From NCBI GenBank assembly GCA_963712745.1, contig CAVQJC010000020.1:256001-320000 (forward strand): a stretch of DNA of 64,000 nt. The letters run 5' to 3'. The position numbers and the translations under genes are program-made. A model generated the notes under the pieces. It searched no databases. It was not told the origin of the DNA and saw only the letters and a program-made list of their open reading frames with translations. The stretch is from an uncultured Chloroflexia bacterium (GTDB lineage Bacteria; Chloroflexota; Limnocylindria; Limnocylindrales; CSP1-4). This document shows, one piece after another, positions 35,976 through 46,233 of the stretch (the stretch's first letter is position 1; every line of letters begins with the position of its first letter).

Positions 35976-36995
35976 CTAGCGGACCAACTCCGGCAGGGCC
36001 GATGCGACGAGAGGGACCGTGCCGATAAGCCCGACGTCATCGCCGAGGGCTGCCTGCACGATGCGCACCCGTTGAGCCTGGGTCCGGAACGCGGACTCGG
36101 CCACGGCCGTCCGTGCCGGGGCGATCAAGCGCTCCCCCCACGCGAGCGTGATGCCGCCACCAAGGATGACCACGTCCGGGCCGAAGACGTTGACGATGGA
36201 GACCACCGCCACGGCCACGGCTCGCCGAGCACGATCGATTATGACGCCTGCGGCCGGATCACCCAAGTCGGCCGCCCGAGAGACGTGGACCGCGGCCAAC
36301 GGCGCCGGCGCGATCTCGGCCACGATGCGCCGCAGCTCGGGGGCCTCGGCGCCGCTCTCGAGGGCGGCCCAGGCGCTGGACACGATGCCGGTCCCGCTGG
36401 CCAGGGCTTCCAGGTGGCCGATGCCGCCGCAGCCACAGCTGGGGCCATCCATGTCGACGGTCATGTGTCCGAGCTCGCCAGCCACCCCGTCCGGACCCAC
36501 CACCGGTCGCCCTCCGGAGATGGCTGCGCCGCCAACGCCGGTGGAGATGGTCAGGTAGATGAGGTCGTCCGAGCCTTCGCCCGCACCGAAGTCGCGCTCA
36601 CCGAGGATGTTGACGTTGGTGTCCTTGTCCATGGCCCAGGGCAGGGCCAGGGCCTCCCCCAGCGCCGGTGCCAGAGCGAAGCCCCACCACGAGCCACGGA
36701 GATTGGGTGGATCGATGAACGCGCCGGAGGTGGTGTCGATGGGGCCGGGCGCGGCGATGCCGATCGCTACCGGCTCCTGCCCCCCGGCTGCGAGGTGCTC
36801 GGTGCGTGCGGTCCGCAGTAGCCCCAGGCAGTAGGCCACGACGGCATCGCGGCCGTCGGCCATGGGCGTGGAGCCGGCGCGGCGCACGACCAGCTCGCCG
36901 TCGGGCGTGACCACGGCTGCGCGAGCGTTCGTGCCGCCAAGGTCGAGCGCGAGGACGGGCCCCGCCAGCCGGGCCCGGGGATGGGTCGTGGGCAT
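35976..36995 (-). CDS. ROK family sugar kinase (glucokinase-like)
   Basis: LDLGGTN, STGVGG, AGELGH...CGCGGIGHLEALASG. Confidence 0.92.
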   Translation of the reverse strand: MPTTHPRARLAGPVLALDLGGTNARAAVVTPDGELVVRRAGSTPMADGRDAVVAYCLGLLRTARTEHLAAGGQEPVAIGIAAPGPIDTTSGAFIDPPNLRGSWWGFALAPALGEALALPWAMDKDTNVNILGERDFGAGEGSDDLIYLTISTGVGGAAISGGRPVVGPDGVAGELGHMTVDMDGPSCGCGGIGHLEALASGTGIVSSAWAALESGAEAPELRRIVAEIAPAPLAAVHVSRAADLGDPAAGVIIDRARRAVAVAVVSIVNVFGPDVVILGGGITLAWGERLIAPARTAVAESAFRTQAQRVRIVQAALGDDVGLIGTVPLVASALPELVR

Positions 36996-37041
36996 CTGGT
37001 CTCTCGTGGTCGGTGGGTCGACACCAGTCTAGAGACAGCAA

Positions 37042-37070
37042 GTGACCCCGGTCGCATCGACCGGGGTCAC
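37042..37070 (-). terminator. Perfect 13-bp hairpin after the small Zn-ribbon-like gene
   Basis: GTGACCCCGGTCG-CAT-CGACCGGGGTCAC. Confidence 0.75.
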
Positions 37071-37092
37071 CGTCTGCGTCAGAGCGTTGAGC

Positions 37093-37233
37093 TCAGCCGC
37101 CGATGCGGAAGACGCTGCCCCCACACTTGGGGCAGGTGCCCTTGGTCGCGGGCTTGCCGTTCTTCATGGTGATCTTCTGCGGGTTCTGGATCTCGACCTT
37201 CTGCTTGTCCTTGACGCAATATGCCTCGGCCAT
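37093..37233 (-). CDS. 46-aa basic DUF5679-type small protein (absent from the ORF track)
   Basis: MAEAYCVKDKQKVEIQNPQKITMKNGKPATKGTCPKCGGSVFRIGG*; AGGAGG RBS; own terminator. Confidence 0.85.
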   Translation of the reverse strand: MAEAYCVKDKQKVEIQNPQKITMKNGKPATKGTCPKCGGSVFRIGG

Positions 37234-37344
37234 CCCGTTCCTCCTATCCCTCCGAGCGTGAGGTTGAGCTCGGTACCGTTTCGGGCCCCGATCACTTGTC
37301 GGGCCTCGCTGGTCAGCAGCACGGTGCCTGTAATCTTGACCGTA

Positions 37345-38202
37345 CTAGGTTGCCAAATCTGGCGCCCAGTGTGAGGGACGCCAGTGCTTCTCGCCTGAAC
37401 GAACCTGCTGCTCGTCCATCTTGGCGAGCACATGCAGGGCCTCCAGGCCCGTCTCGATGAGGCCCGCCTCAGCTGCCTCCTTCTGTTCCCCCACCACGGC
37501 CACGCCCTTGATGCGCTGCGCGAACGCGGTGCATACGACCCCAGCGCGGCATCCGGCAAGTCGGGCCAGGATGAGCACCGCCGAGGCCTCCATCTCGAAG
37601 TTGACCACGCCCTGCCGGGCCATGCGTTCGGCCAGATCCGGATAGCGCGGCGGCAGCTGCGGGTGTGGTCGGCCCTGGCCAGCATAGAAGCTCGGTGAGG
37701 TCGCCGTGATGCCCAGGTGGGCGGGGACGCCCGTCCGATGCGCAGCCTCGACCAAGGCCGCCACGGCCCTGTAGTCGGCTACGGCGGGAAAGCCGTCCTC
37801 GACGTAGAAGGCGGTGGTGTTCTCGAGCCGGACGGCTCCGGTCGTGATCACCAGGTCGCCGAGCGCGATGTCTTCTCGCAGCACGCCAGAGGAGCCGATA
37901 CGGATGAACGTCGGCTTGCGCTCGGCGATGGCGAGGATCTCGGCGATGACGATCTCGACGTTGTCGGTGCCGATGCCGGTCGCCACCACCGAGAGACGCA
38001 GGCCCTTGTGCAGGCCCGTGACGGAGTTGAACTCGCGATGCTGCCGGTGGACCTCCACGGCGTCCAGCATGTCCGCGATGTGATCGGTGCGGTCGGGGTC
38101 GCCGGGGAGAAGGATGTAGTCGGCGATCTCGCCGGGGGCAAGGTCGATGTGATACTGGCGACCTTCGTCGCTCGGCGATACCTGCGGGATCGCGTTGAGC
38201 AC
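37345..38202 (-). CDS. udp: Uridine/nucleoside phosphorylase
   Basis: QYHI, LLPGDPDR, HREF, TGIG, IRIGSSG, FYAGQGR, NFEMEAS. Confidence 0.85.
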   Translation of the reverse strand: MLNAIPQVSPSDEGRQYHIDLAPGEIADYILLPGDPDRTDHIADMLDAVEVHRQHREFNSVTGLHKGLRLSVVATGIGTDNVEIVIAEILAIAERKPTFIRIGSSGVLREDIALGDLVITTGAVRLENTTAFYVEDGFPAVADYRAVAALVEAAHRTGVPAHLGITATSPSFYAGQGRPHPQLPPRYPDLAERMARQGVVNFEMEASAVLILARLAGCRAGVVCTAFAQRIKGVAVVGEQKEAAEAGLIETGLEALHVLAKMDEQQVRSGEKHWRPSHWAPDLAT

Positions 38203-38335
38203 ATCGACTCCCTATCTCCCACCTCGGCCGGCGCGAGGGCTGCGCGGAACGATAGTCACCGTGGAGCGGGTCTGCAAGCCGATTCCGTCAGGCTCGGCCC
38301 ACGCCTGTGGTCCGGGGAGCGCCTACGATGGGGTC

Positions 38336-38923
38336 ATGAGCGACGCCAAGGCCACGGTTACCGCCATCTTCGACGAGCACCTGGAGGTGGCCGCGGCGTC
38401 CCGATCGGCGCTGATCCCGGCAGTCGAGCAGCTGGCGGCACAGCTCATCGAGGCCTTCGAGGGCGAGGGGCGCCTGTTCGTCTTCGGCAATGGTGGCAGC
38501 GCAGCGGATGCCCAGCATTTCGCCGGCGAGCTGACCGGTCACTTCAGGCGCCACCGGCGGGCCCTGCCGGCACTGGCGCTGACCACGGATACGTCGGTCC
38601 TCACGGCCACGGCCAACGACTACCACTTCGAGGACGTCTTCGCCCGCCAGGTGGAGGCGCACTGCCGCCCCGGAGACGTGGTCGTGGGCATCAGCACCTC
38701 GGGCGAGGCCGAGAACGTGGTGCGTGCGATCGCTGTGGCGCGACGGCTCGGGGCGAGCACGTGGGCCCTCACCGGAGCGACCGGCGGACGCCTCGCGGGT
38801 GCCGCAGAGCACGTGGTGCGGGTGCCCTCAGACCGGACGGCACGCATCCAGGAGATGCATATCACCGTCATCCACGCGGCCTCGGAGCTGGTGGACGCAC
38901 ACGTGGCCCTGGAGAACCGATAG
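38336..38923 (+). CDS. gmhA: Phosphoheptose isomerase-like SIS protein
   Basis: GNGGSAADAQHFAGEL, TANDY, FARQVEA, ISTSG, RIQEMHI. Confidence 0.88.
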   Translation: MSDAKATVTAIFDEHLEVAAASRSALIPAVEQLAAQLIEAFEGEGRLFVFGNGGSAADAQHFAGELTGHFRRHRRALPALALTTDTSVLTATANDYHFEDVFARQVEAHCRPGDVVVGISTSGEAENVVRAIAVARRLGASTWALTGATGGRLAGAAEHVVRVPSDRTARIQEMHITVIHAASELVDAHVALENR

Positions 38924-38941
38924 CCGTCCTCCAGGCCTCTC

Positions 38942-39751
38942 TCAGCCGGCGGCGGTCGCGGCGTCCATGACGCCCTGCTCACGGGCACCGACCATGTACT
39001 CGACCACCTCGGTCGTGTTGGTGTCGGCGCTGGGCATCTCGGCGACCTTGCGACCACGATGCATGATCACGATGCGGTCGGTAGCGGCGAAGACGTCGGG
39101 CAGCGTGTGCGAGATGAAGATGACCGGGACACCTTGTGACTTGAGCGTGGCGATGAGTTCCATGACCTTGCGTTGCTCGGGCACGCCCAGGTTGTTGGTG
39201 GGTTCATCCATGATCATCATGCGCGCGTTCCAGTAGATGGCTCGAGCGATGGCCACCGCCTGTCGCTGACCGCCGGAAAGCTTCTCGATCTCCTTGCGCA
39301 TCTGCGGGATCTGGATGCCAAGGCTGTCGAGGATCCCCGACGATTCGTTGACCATCTGCTTCTCGTCGAGGGTACGCACGACGCCGCCCAGGTATCGCCG
39401 CTTGATCTCGCGGCCCAGGAAGATGTTGGCGCTCACATCGAGATTGCCGGCCAGGGCGAGGTCCTGGTAGATGGTCTCGATACCGGCCTCGCGAGCGTCG
39501 ATCGGTCGCGCGAAGTGGACCTGCTTGCCCTCGAAGAAGATGCGGCCGCCATCGGGATGATGGACACCCGAGACGCACTTGATGAGCGTGGACTTGCCGG
39601 CGCCGTTGTCGCCCACGAGGCCGACGACCTCGCCTGGGTAGATGTCGAGGCTGACATCGTCGACGGCGGTCAAGCCGCCGAAGCGCTTGAGCAGGTGGCG
39701 GATCGAGAGGATGGGCTCGCTGGACATGGTCGTGCCCTGCTCGTCGCTCAT
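38942..39751 (-). CDS. Sugar ABC transporter ATP-binding protein (single domain)
   Basis: GDNGAGKST, IYQDLAL, LSGGQRQAVAIARA, MDEPT. Confidence 0.93.
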   Translation of the reverse strand: MSDEQGTTMSSEPILSIRHLLKRFGGLTAVDDVSLDIYPGEVVGLVGDNGAGKSTLIKCVSGVHHPDGGRIFFEGKQVHFARPIDAREAGIETIYQDLALAGNLDVSANIFLGREIKRRYLGGVVRTLDEKQMVNESSGILDSLGIQIPQMRKEIEKLSGGQRQAVAIARAIYWNARMMIMDEPTNNLGVPEQRKVMELIATLKSQGVPVIFISHTLPDVFAATDRIVIMHRGRKVAEMPSADTNTTEVVEYMVGAREQGVMDAATAAG

Positions 39752-40888
39752 TGGCTCTCCGCCCTTCCCGCCACGAGGTCGCGTGCCTGGTCGATGAGCA
39801 CGGCCATGATGACCACGATACCGATGATGATGAACTGCAGGAACGGGTCGACCTGCAGCATGATGAGGCCGGTTACGAGGATGGCGATGATGAGCGCCCC
39901 GATGACCGTGCCCATGATGTTGCCGCGGCCACCGTACATGCTCACGCCACCGATGATCACAGCCGCGATGCTGTTGAGCAGCAGTGGCTCACCGGCGATC
40001 GACGAGCCGCCCGTGAAGCGGGCCGTGTACGAAGGATGCCGGCCAGGCCGGCCGTGAAGGCCGACAGCGTGAAGATCAGGATGGTCTGGCGATCGGCTGG
40101 GACACCGGCGCGAACCGAGGCCTCGCGGTTGCCACCGATGGCAAAGGTGTGGCGCCCGAACTGCGTCTTGTGCAGCAGGAACACCGCGATGACCACGGTG
40201 ATGGCGGTGACGACGACGGGCCACGAGAAGACCCGGTCCATGCTGCGCAGCGCTTCGCCGGTGACGTCCGGCTTGTGCAGGAACGAGATGCCGCCACCAT
40301 CGCCCGGGCATCCAGTACATGAGCGACTCGTTACCGAGGTCGCGCATCTCCTGCGGCAGTCCGCCGATGGTCCTGCCGTTCGGAGATCATGAGCGCGGCG
40401 CCACGCGCCACGAAGGCCATGCCCAGGGTCACGATGAAGCTGGGCACGCGGAGCTTGGCGATGATGATCCCGCTGACAAGACCGACGGAGGATGCCGCCG
40501 ACCAGCGCGATGCCGAAGCCGATGCCGATGGCCGGGAACTCGCCGATGCCGGCATCGACGAGCAGCAGAGTGGACCTGGCCGAGACGACCGACGACAGGC
40601 CCATCACCCAGCCGACGGAGAGGTCGATGCCACCGGAGATGATGACGAACGTCTGGCCCAGGCCGAGCAGCAGCACGGGGACGATGGTGTTGAGGATGGA
40701 CTGGATGTTGCGCAGGTTCAGGAAGAAGACTTCGCCGTCGGTCCGGGCGTAGACGCTGATGGTGAAGAAGATGATCAGCCCGAGCGAGGAATACCCATGC
40801 CCACGCACGGCTGATCGCCCAGCACGATCCGCTTGCGCCTCTCGAGGCGCGGCTCGGTCGCTGGGGCCTGGGTCTCAGGATCGGTCAC
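39748..40888 (-). CDS. Sugar ABC permease (RbsC family), broken by about 6 apparent frameshifts
   Basis: Pieces in alternating frames: LGQTFVIISGGIDLSVG; KLRVPSFIVTLG; TQFGRHTFAIGGNREAS; IAAVIIGGVSMYGGRG. Confidence 0.8.
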
Positions 40889-40906
40889 GGCCAGGTCCTC
40901 TCCAAG

Positions 40907-40941
40907 AAGCGTGAGGTGCCCTCGCGGGGCACCTCACGCTT
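40907..40941 (-). terminator. Intercistronic stem-loop after the binding-protein gene (stabiliser or attenuator)
   Basis: AAGCGTGAGGTGCCC-TCGCG-GGGCACCTCACGCTT. Confidence 0.7.
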
Positions 40942-40979
40942 GATTCGACGCTAGGCCATCGAGGCCAGCGAGTGGGTGG

Positions 40980-41967
40980 CTAGTCGACCTGGTAGATGAA
41001 GCGCGCGTACCTCGGGATCATCGACGTTGTCGGCGTTGATGATGGCGAAGCCGGTGGTCACGTGCTTCGGCAGGCTGGTCACGCCGGCCGCATCAGCCAT
41101 GGCGAAGGCCACGCCCAGGTAGCCCATGTCGGCGGGCTTCTGCGCGAGGACCATCGTGACATCGCCGTTTCTCAGCAGCTCGATGGCGCGCGTGGTGGCG
41201 TCATAGGCTGCGATCTGGACCTCGCCGCGCGAGGCCGGCGTTCTGGACGGACTGGGCCGGCGCCCTGGGCGCTGAAGACGTTGACGCCGAAGATGCCGGC
41301 CAGGTCGGGATGGAGCTGCAGGACCGCGTCGGTCTGCTGGACCGCGATGGCCTCGACGTCCTCGTTGTACTCCTCGCCCACGATCTCGATGTCGGGATAC
41401 GTATCGAGGACCTCGCGGCAGCCGATGCTGCGGTCAGCGGTGGAGCTGGCGTCGGGGTTGGTGTTCTGGATGTAGACCTTGCCGGCACCGCCGATGGCAT
41501 CGGCGATGGCCTGGCAGGCGATGCGCCCGCCTTCCTGGTTGTCCGAGCCGATATACGAGATGGGGAAGGTCACCGGGCCGTCGATGTAGTCGCCGTCACC
41601 GAGGAAGGTGTCGACGGTGACGATCTTGGTGCCCTGGTCCAGCGCCTCCTGCAGCGGAGCGATCATCTCCTCGTTGCTCACCGGAGCGGTGATGAGGTAG
41701 TCCAGGTTGCCCTGGCCCTTGAGCGCATCGAGGATGGGGTTCTGGGCCGACGTGCCCCAGGTGTCGGGGTACTGGGCGACCTGGATATCGAGCGCCGAAG
41801 TCCTCGCCCGCCTTGACGATGCCCTTCTCCATGACCTGGTAGAAGGAATCCAGGATGCCGGGAAGGAAGGCGATGTTGGGCTTCTCGTCGTCCTGGGCGG
41901 CGGCCGCCGCCGGCAGCATCGCCGCGGTCAGCAGGGCGACGGACGTGATGGTGAGCAATCGCTTCAC
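40980..41967 (-). CDS. Sugar ABC substrate-binding protein (RbsB-like), broken by about 4 apparent frameshifts
   Basis: Signal peptide (KRLLTITSVALL...AAAQ), YIGSDNQEGG, IAAYDA, LAQKPADMGY spread over three frames; AGGAGG RBS. Confidence 0.8.
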
Positions 41968-42176
41968 GTAGTTCCTCCTCACGAGGGTCAGTAGGTGTCG
42001 GATGGCGCAGAGATCGACGACGTCCTAGGCGGAAGGCGGCCTCCTCTCGACTACTCCCTGCCGGCGCGGGCCTCCCTGCCCGTGTCGGCATTCGCATCTC
42101 GTGCGCCTCTCGGCAACCGTTCCTAGCAGGCGGCGGTCCTGGAGCACGTTGCGTCTTGACACATGGTGGCTCAGGA

Positions 42177-42213
42177 TGACACCGTTGTCAACGCGCCGAT
42201 GACATCGTTTGCA
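42177..42213. promoter_or_regulatory. Two LacI-type operators between the divergent sugar ABC operon and lacI
   Basis: TGACACCGTTGTCA (42177-42190) and TGACATCGTTTGCA (42200-42213), both with central CG; the first overlaps a minus-strand TTGACA. Confidence 0.7.
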
Positions 42214-42266
42214 CCAATCCCGAGCATACGCCTCGAGCAGTGCGTGGACAGGGCCAGGAGGACGCA

Positions 42267-43310
42267 GTGAACCCAGCCGATGGGACTGGTGGCGCGAGGG
42301 GCGGACGAGCACTCGACCGCCCCACGGTGCGTGATGTGGCAGAGGTCGCCGGGGTCAGCTTCAAGACGGTCTCTCGCGTCATCAACAGCGAGCCAGGCGT
42401 GCGTCCCGAGACGGCCGCAAGAGTCATGGCGGCCATCCGTGATCTCGGCTTCCGTCCCAATGTCATGGCCGCGGATTTCGCCCGCGGTGGCAGCCGCAAT
42501 CAGATCGGCCTGGTCATCGACGACATCTCCAACCCGTTCTGGGCGGTGCTCACCCGCGCCATCGAGGACGCAGCCGCGGCCCGCGACCGGCAGGTCATCA
42601 TCGCCAGCTCCGACTTCCGACCCGAGCGCGAGCACCGCATCATCGACTCGCTCGTGGCACAGCGCCTGGGGGGCCTGCTCATCGTGCCGGTCGGAGAGGA
42701 CCACAGCTACCTCGCCCGCGAGATGGAGCTGGGAACGCCCATCGTCTTCCTCGACCGACCGCAGCAGAAGCTGCAGGCCGACACCATCACGCTCGACGAC
42801 TACGGGGGCGCCCGCTCCGCCACCGAGCATCTCCTAGCCCACGGGCACCGTCGTATCGCACTCCTGGCCCAGTCGCTGCGCATCTACACGATGCGCGAAC
42901 GCTTCCGTGGCTACCGCGATTCCTTGAGCGAGGCCGGCATCGATATCGACCCCACCCTCGAAGCTACCGCCGAGACCGTGGAGGAGGCGCGGGCAGCCAC
43001 CAGCCGGCTGTTGGGCAGCGAGTCACCGCCGACCGCCATCTTCTGTGCCAACAACCGCATGAGCGTCGGCGCGGTCGGGGCGCTCGGCCAGCGGCGCACG
43101 CGCGTGGCCGTCGTCGGCTTCGACGACATCGAGCTGGCCGAGGCCCTCGCTGTGCCGCTGACGGTAGTGCGCACGGACGCGGCCGAGCTTGGTCGGAAGG
43201 GTGCGGAGTTGCTTCTCAGGCGCATGGACGGATGGGCCGAATCGCCGCAGGCTATCGTCCTGCCGACCGTGCTGGTGCCCCGGGGCTCAGGTGAGATCGG
43301 GCCTCCCTAG
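42267..43310 (+). CDS. LacI family transcriptional regulator
   Basis: [47 protein letters not shown]. Confidence 0.95.
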   Translation: MNPADGTGGARGGRALDRPTVRDVAEVAGVSFKTVSRVINSEPGVRPETAARVMAAIRDLGFRPNVMAADFARGGSRNQIGLVIDDISNPFWAVLTRAIEDAAAARDRQVIIASSDFRPEREHRIIDSLVAQRLGGLLIVPVGEDHSYLAREMELGTPIVFLDRPQQKLQADTITLDDYGGARSATEHLLAHGHRRIALLAQSLRIYTMRERFRGYRDSLSEAGIDIDPTLEATAETVEEARAATSRLLGSESPPTAIFCANNRMSVGAVGALGQRRTRVAVVGFDDIELAEALAVPLTVVRTDAAELGRKGAELLLRRMDGWAESPQAIVLPTVLVPRGSGEIGPP

Positions 43311-46077
43311 CCGGACGCAGGTCGGCGCGGAAGCGCCAGGCCAGCATCGCAGCAAGCAGCAACAGGAGAGTGGCCAGGCCCCCCAGGCCTCCGACCACCA
43401 GCAGCGCGACCATTCGGCCATCGGCGCCGGCACCAGCCGCGGGCAGCAGCGCGCCGGCGGCGAGTGCCGATCGGGGAGGAGCCGAAAGGACCGGGCGCGA
43501 TACGTGGCCATCGGTGAAGGCCATGGCGGCGCTCCGGGCGTCGGCTACCGGCCCGGGGTCTTCGATGGTCTCGATCGACGCGGCCCTGTGCACGTCGGCA
43601 GCGGATGCGACGAGGACCTCCCGTCGTCCGCTATCGAGCCGTTTCACACGGCCGGTGGCATTGACGACCTCGCCGATGCTGGGAGCCGGTTCGATGGGCC
43701 CGGCGCCATCGGCCAGCCGCACGTTGGCGACCGCGGTGCCATCGTCGATGGTCAGCCTGCGCGCGGCCATGGCGGTGATGCGTCCACCGACCCGGACGAC
43801 CCGCTCGTCGAACGCCTTGAGCGTGCCCAGGGTCGCGCTGATGACGCCATCGTCGTCCGCACCCGAGGTCGCGATGATGGCGACTTCGTCCTTCTCATCG
43901 TCATCGTCCTCCCGCTCCCCGTCGTCATCATCGGACCCGGCGACAGGGCGCAGCTTCAGATCGCGGCTCGAGCGTGGAACCACGACAAAACGCTGGTCCG
44001 AGGCAGATGGATGGGCGCGACGGACGATGCCCGTGACGCGTCCCTCGCGGACCGGTTCGACGGCTTCCACCGGGATGCGGCTGCCGGCTACCCCGGCGAT
44101 GGGCAAGCGGCCTCCCGTTCGCGCACTCGCTTCCGCGCGCCATGAATCGCCGTCTCGGTCGACCTCGATGATGCGCACGCCGACGGTCACGAGCCGCCAC
44201 TCCTGAGCCTCACCGGGGGGCTCACTGATCCTCGTGGGCTTCACCGGCGCCCGACCCTTGCGCTGAGGTCGGGAGGTCGCCTCCAGCTGGGGGGAGCCAT
44301 ACCAGGTGCTCACCTCGCCGCTGGCCCGGATGACCCGCCCCACGCCCGGAGGCTCCGCGTCGGCCGGGAAACGCACAAGGATGGCCCCGCTGCGGTCCTG
44401 GACGGTGGCGCGGCGACCCTCGCTATCGATGAGACCGGCCCTCGAGGTGACCGTTCCCACGATCGTCACCACACGACCGGGCGTGGCTTCGCTGATGGGC
44501 ACCCTCGGGGGTCGCCCCGACTCCCGAGGCGCGTCGGGAGCGGGCGCTGGCCTCGGCGTCGCAGCTGGAGGCTCGTCCGCGACCACGAGATCCGCGATAC
44601 CGCGTGGCCACAGCCGGTAGCCGTCGGCCGCGCCCGAGCGACTCGCTCGTTGGCCGACGATGCCGGTGACCCTCAGCCGCTGGCCCTTCCTGAGCGTGGA
44701 CCTGTCGATCCCGACCGGAGGGAACACGTAGACGCGGACGGTGCCGTGCTCATCCTTGCAGCCGAGCGAGAGCGCACCGCTCTGGTAGCGGTCGACGTCG
44801 AGCAGGACGACGGAGACGGTCGCGAGCAGGCCCTCGCTGGCTTCGTTCACGCTGGCGCTGGCGAGTGGCCTCGGCTCGGGCAGCCCACCCTCGCCGATGA
44901 CCTCGATGTCACCGTCATCGTCGGCTCGCAGCTCAAGGTTGCCGTACGGAGTGGCCAGCCGTCCACGGACGCGGACGATCATGCCCCGGGACAGGTCCGC
45001 CTGCGATCCATCGCCCGGGAGTCGTACGGCGATGCCGGCGCTGCCGTCCTGGATGACCATCGTTCGATCACCCAGGATCCTGCCTGGCTGCACCGTGATC
45101 GTGCCCGCGACCGCGACCTCCTCGCCGGCCGACCTCGTCCGGGCATCGCGGATGGGGACGGCCACGTCGGGAGCTGGCGACGGTGTCGGGGCGGGGGTCG
45201 GGGCGGGCGTCGGCTCTGGGGTCGGCTCGGGGGTCGGGGCGGGGTTAGGAGTCAGAGTCGGCGCGGGCGTCGGCTCTGGGGTCGGGGTGGGGGTCGGCTC
45301 TGGGGTCGGCTCGGGGGTCGGCTCGGGGGTCGGGGCGGGGTTAGGAGTCAGAGTCGGCGCGGGCGTGGGCTGCGGCGTCGGGTCCGGTGCGGGCGCTGGT
45401 GTGGGCGGCGGAGTCGGCTTGGGAGTGGGCTTCGGCGTCGGCGCTGGAGTCGGCTTCGGCGTCGGCGCTGGAGTCGGCTTGGGAGTGGGAGACTGCCCCT
45501 CGGGCACCGGCGCCGGGTTGGTGAGCGTGTCCGCCGCGTTGTCGTTGGTGTCTTGTCCGTTGCCGGAACCACCGCCCGGCCTGCGCTCGAGCGACGCGCC
45601 GGCCTTGGGTGCCGGGCCGGGCGCGCCCTCCACGAAGTCGGAGGCGGCACTGCCCCAGGAGAGCGAATCGACCACCTGGCCGTCGACGACGCGCAGCACG
45701 AGCGAGCCGCCGGTCGCGCTCAGGCCTCCGGAATAGGTGTGGTCGGCGACCGCGGCAAAGAGACCGTCGGCATGGGCCAGCAGGATCCGCTCGCCGGGTC
45801 CGATCAGCCGGTCGGTCCAGGTGCGCTTTCGCGTCACGGTCTTGCCGCTGGCGCTGACGTAGACCAGCTCGAGCCCGCCGAGTTGTTCCGCTGCGTCGCC
45901 GGCGTTGAAGACTTCGATGTACTCGTCCGTCCCCGATGCGCCACCAGTGACGACCTCACCTACGACGAGGCCGTCCGACGGCGGCCAGCCCACGTCGGCC
46001 GCCACGATCGGCATGGCCGATAGGCAAAGGGCGACAGCGAGAAGGGCAGACACGAGCAGACGCAGACGCCGGGACAT
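43252..46077 (-). CDS. Large surface protein: signal peptide, lamin-tail domain, Pro/Thr linker, multiple OB-like repeats, C-terminal membrane anchor
   Basis: [10 protein letters not shown]...DEYIEVFN...[10 protein letters not shown]...VDSLSWG (LTD); [28 protein letters not shown]-type motifs; LPAAG, hydrophobic helix, basic tail. Confidence 0.8.
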   Translation of the reverse strand: MSRRLRLLVSALLAVALCLSAMPIVAADVGWPPSDGLVVGEVVTGGASGTDEYIEVFNAGDAAEQLGGLELVYVSASGKTVTRKRTWTDRLIGPGERILLAHADGLFAAVADHTYSGGLSATGGSLVLRVVDGQVVDSLSWGSAASDFVEGAPGPAPKAGASLERRPGGGSGNGQDTNDNAADTLTNPAPVPEGQSPTPKPTPAPTPKPTPAPTPKPTPKPTPPPTPAPAPDPTPQPTPAPTLTPNPAPTPEPTPEPTPEPTPTPTPEPTPAPTLTPNPAPTPEPTPEPTPAPTPAPTPSPAPDVAVPIRDARTRSAGEEVAVAGTITVQPGRILGDRTMVIQDGSAGIAVRLPGDGSQADLSRGMIVRVRGRLATPYGNLELRADDDGDIEVIGEGGLPEPRPLASASVNEASEGLLATVSVVLLDVDRYQSGALSLGCKDEHGTVRVYVFPPVGIDRSTLRKGQRLRVTGIVGQRASRSGAADGYRLWPRGIADLVVADEPPAATPRPAPAPDAPRESGRPPRVPISEATPGRVVTIVGTVTSRAGLIDSEGRRATVQDRSGAILVRFPADAEPPGVGRVIRASGEVSTWYGSPQLEATSRPQRKGRAPVKPTRISEPPGEAQEWRLVTVGVRIIEVDRDGDSWRAEASARTGGRLPIAGVAGSRIPVEAVEPVREGRVTGIVRRAHPSASDQRFVVVPRSSRDLKLRPVAGSDDDDGEREDDDDEKDEVAIIATSGADDDGVISATLGTLKAFDERVVRVGGRITAMAARRLTIDDGTAVANVRLADGAGPIEPAPSIGEVVNATGRVKRLDSGRREVLVASAADVHRAASIETIEDPGPVADARSAAMAFTDGHVSRPVLSAPPRSALAAGALLPAAGAGADGRMVALLVVGGLGGLATLLLLLAAMLAWRFRADLRPAREARSHLSPGAPARSAGR
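45183..45490. repeat. Pro/Thr-encoding low-complexity repeat including a 53-bp exact duplication
   Basis: (PTPx)n coding tract; 45218-45270 is repeated at 45314-45366. Confidence 0.85.
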
Positions 46078-46233
46078 CGAGGACCTCCGAGTCCGGCGGG
46101 GCAAGCGACGGGATGAGACGCCGCGGCTACGATCTGCCGCGAGCGACCATCCTGACCGGCGCTACTTCACGAGCGCTTATCGGGACTGTGGACTATCGGT
46201 GGTCGGCGCCTATCCGCGCGGCCACCCCGGCGA

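Noticed and set aside
37093-37233. Small CxxC protein as ribosomal protein L33
   Set aside because: It lacks L33 motifs; the pattern AYCVK...MKNG.PA.KG.CP.CG...FRIG fits a DUF5679-type protein instead.
39748-41967. Programmed frameshifting or phase variation in the sugar ABC genes
   Set aside because: There are too many breaks, with no slippery heptamers or long homopolymers; the insertion bias points to sequencing error.
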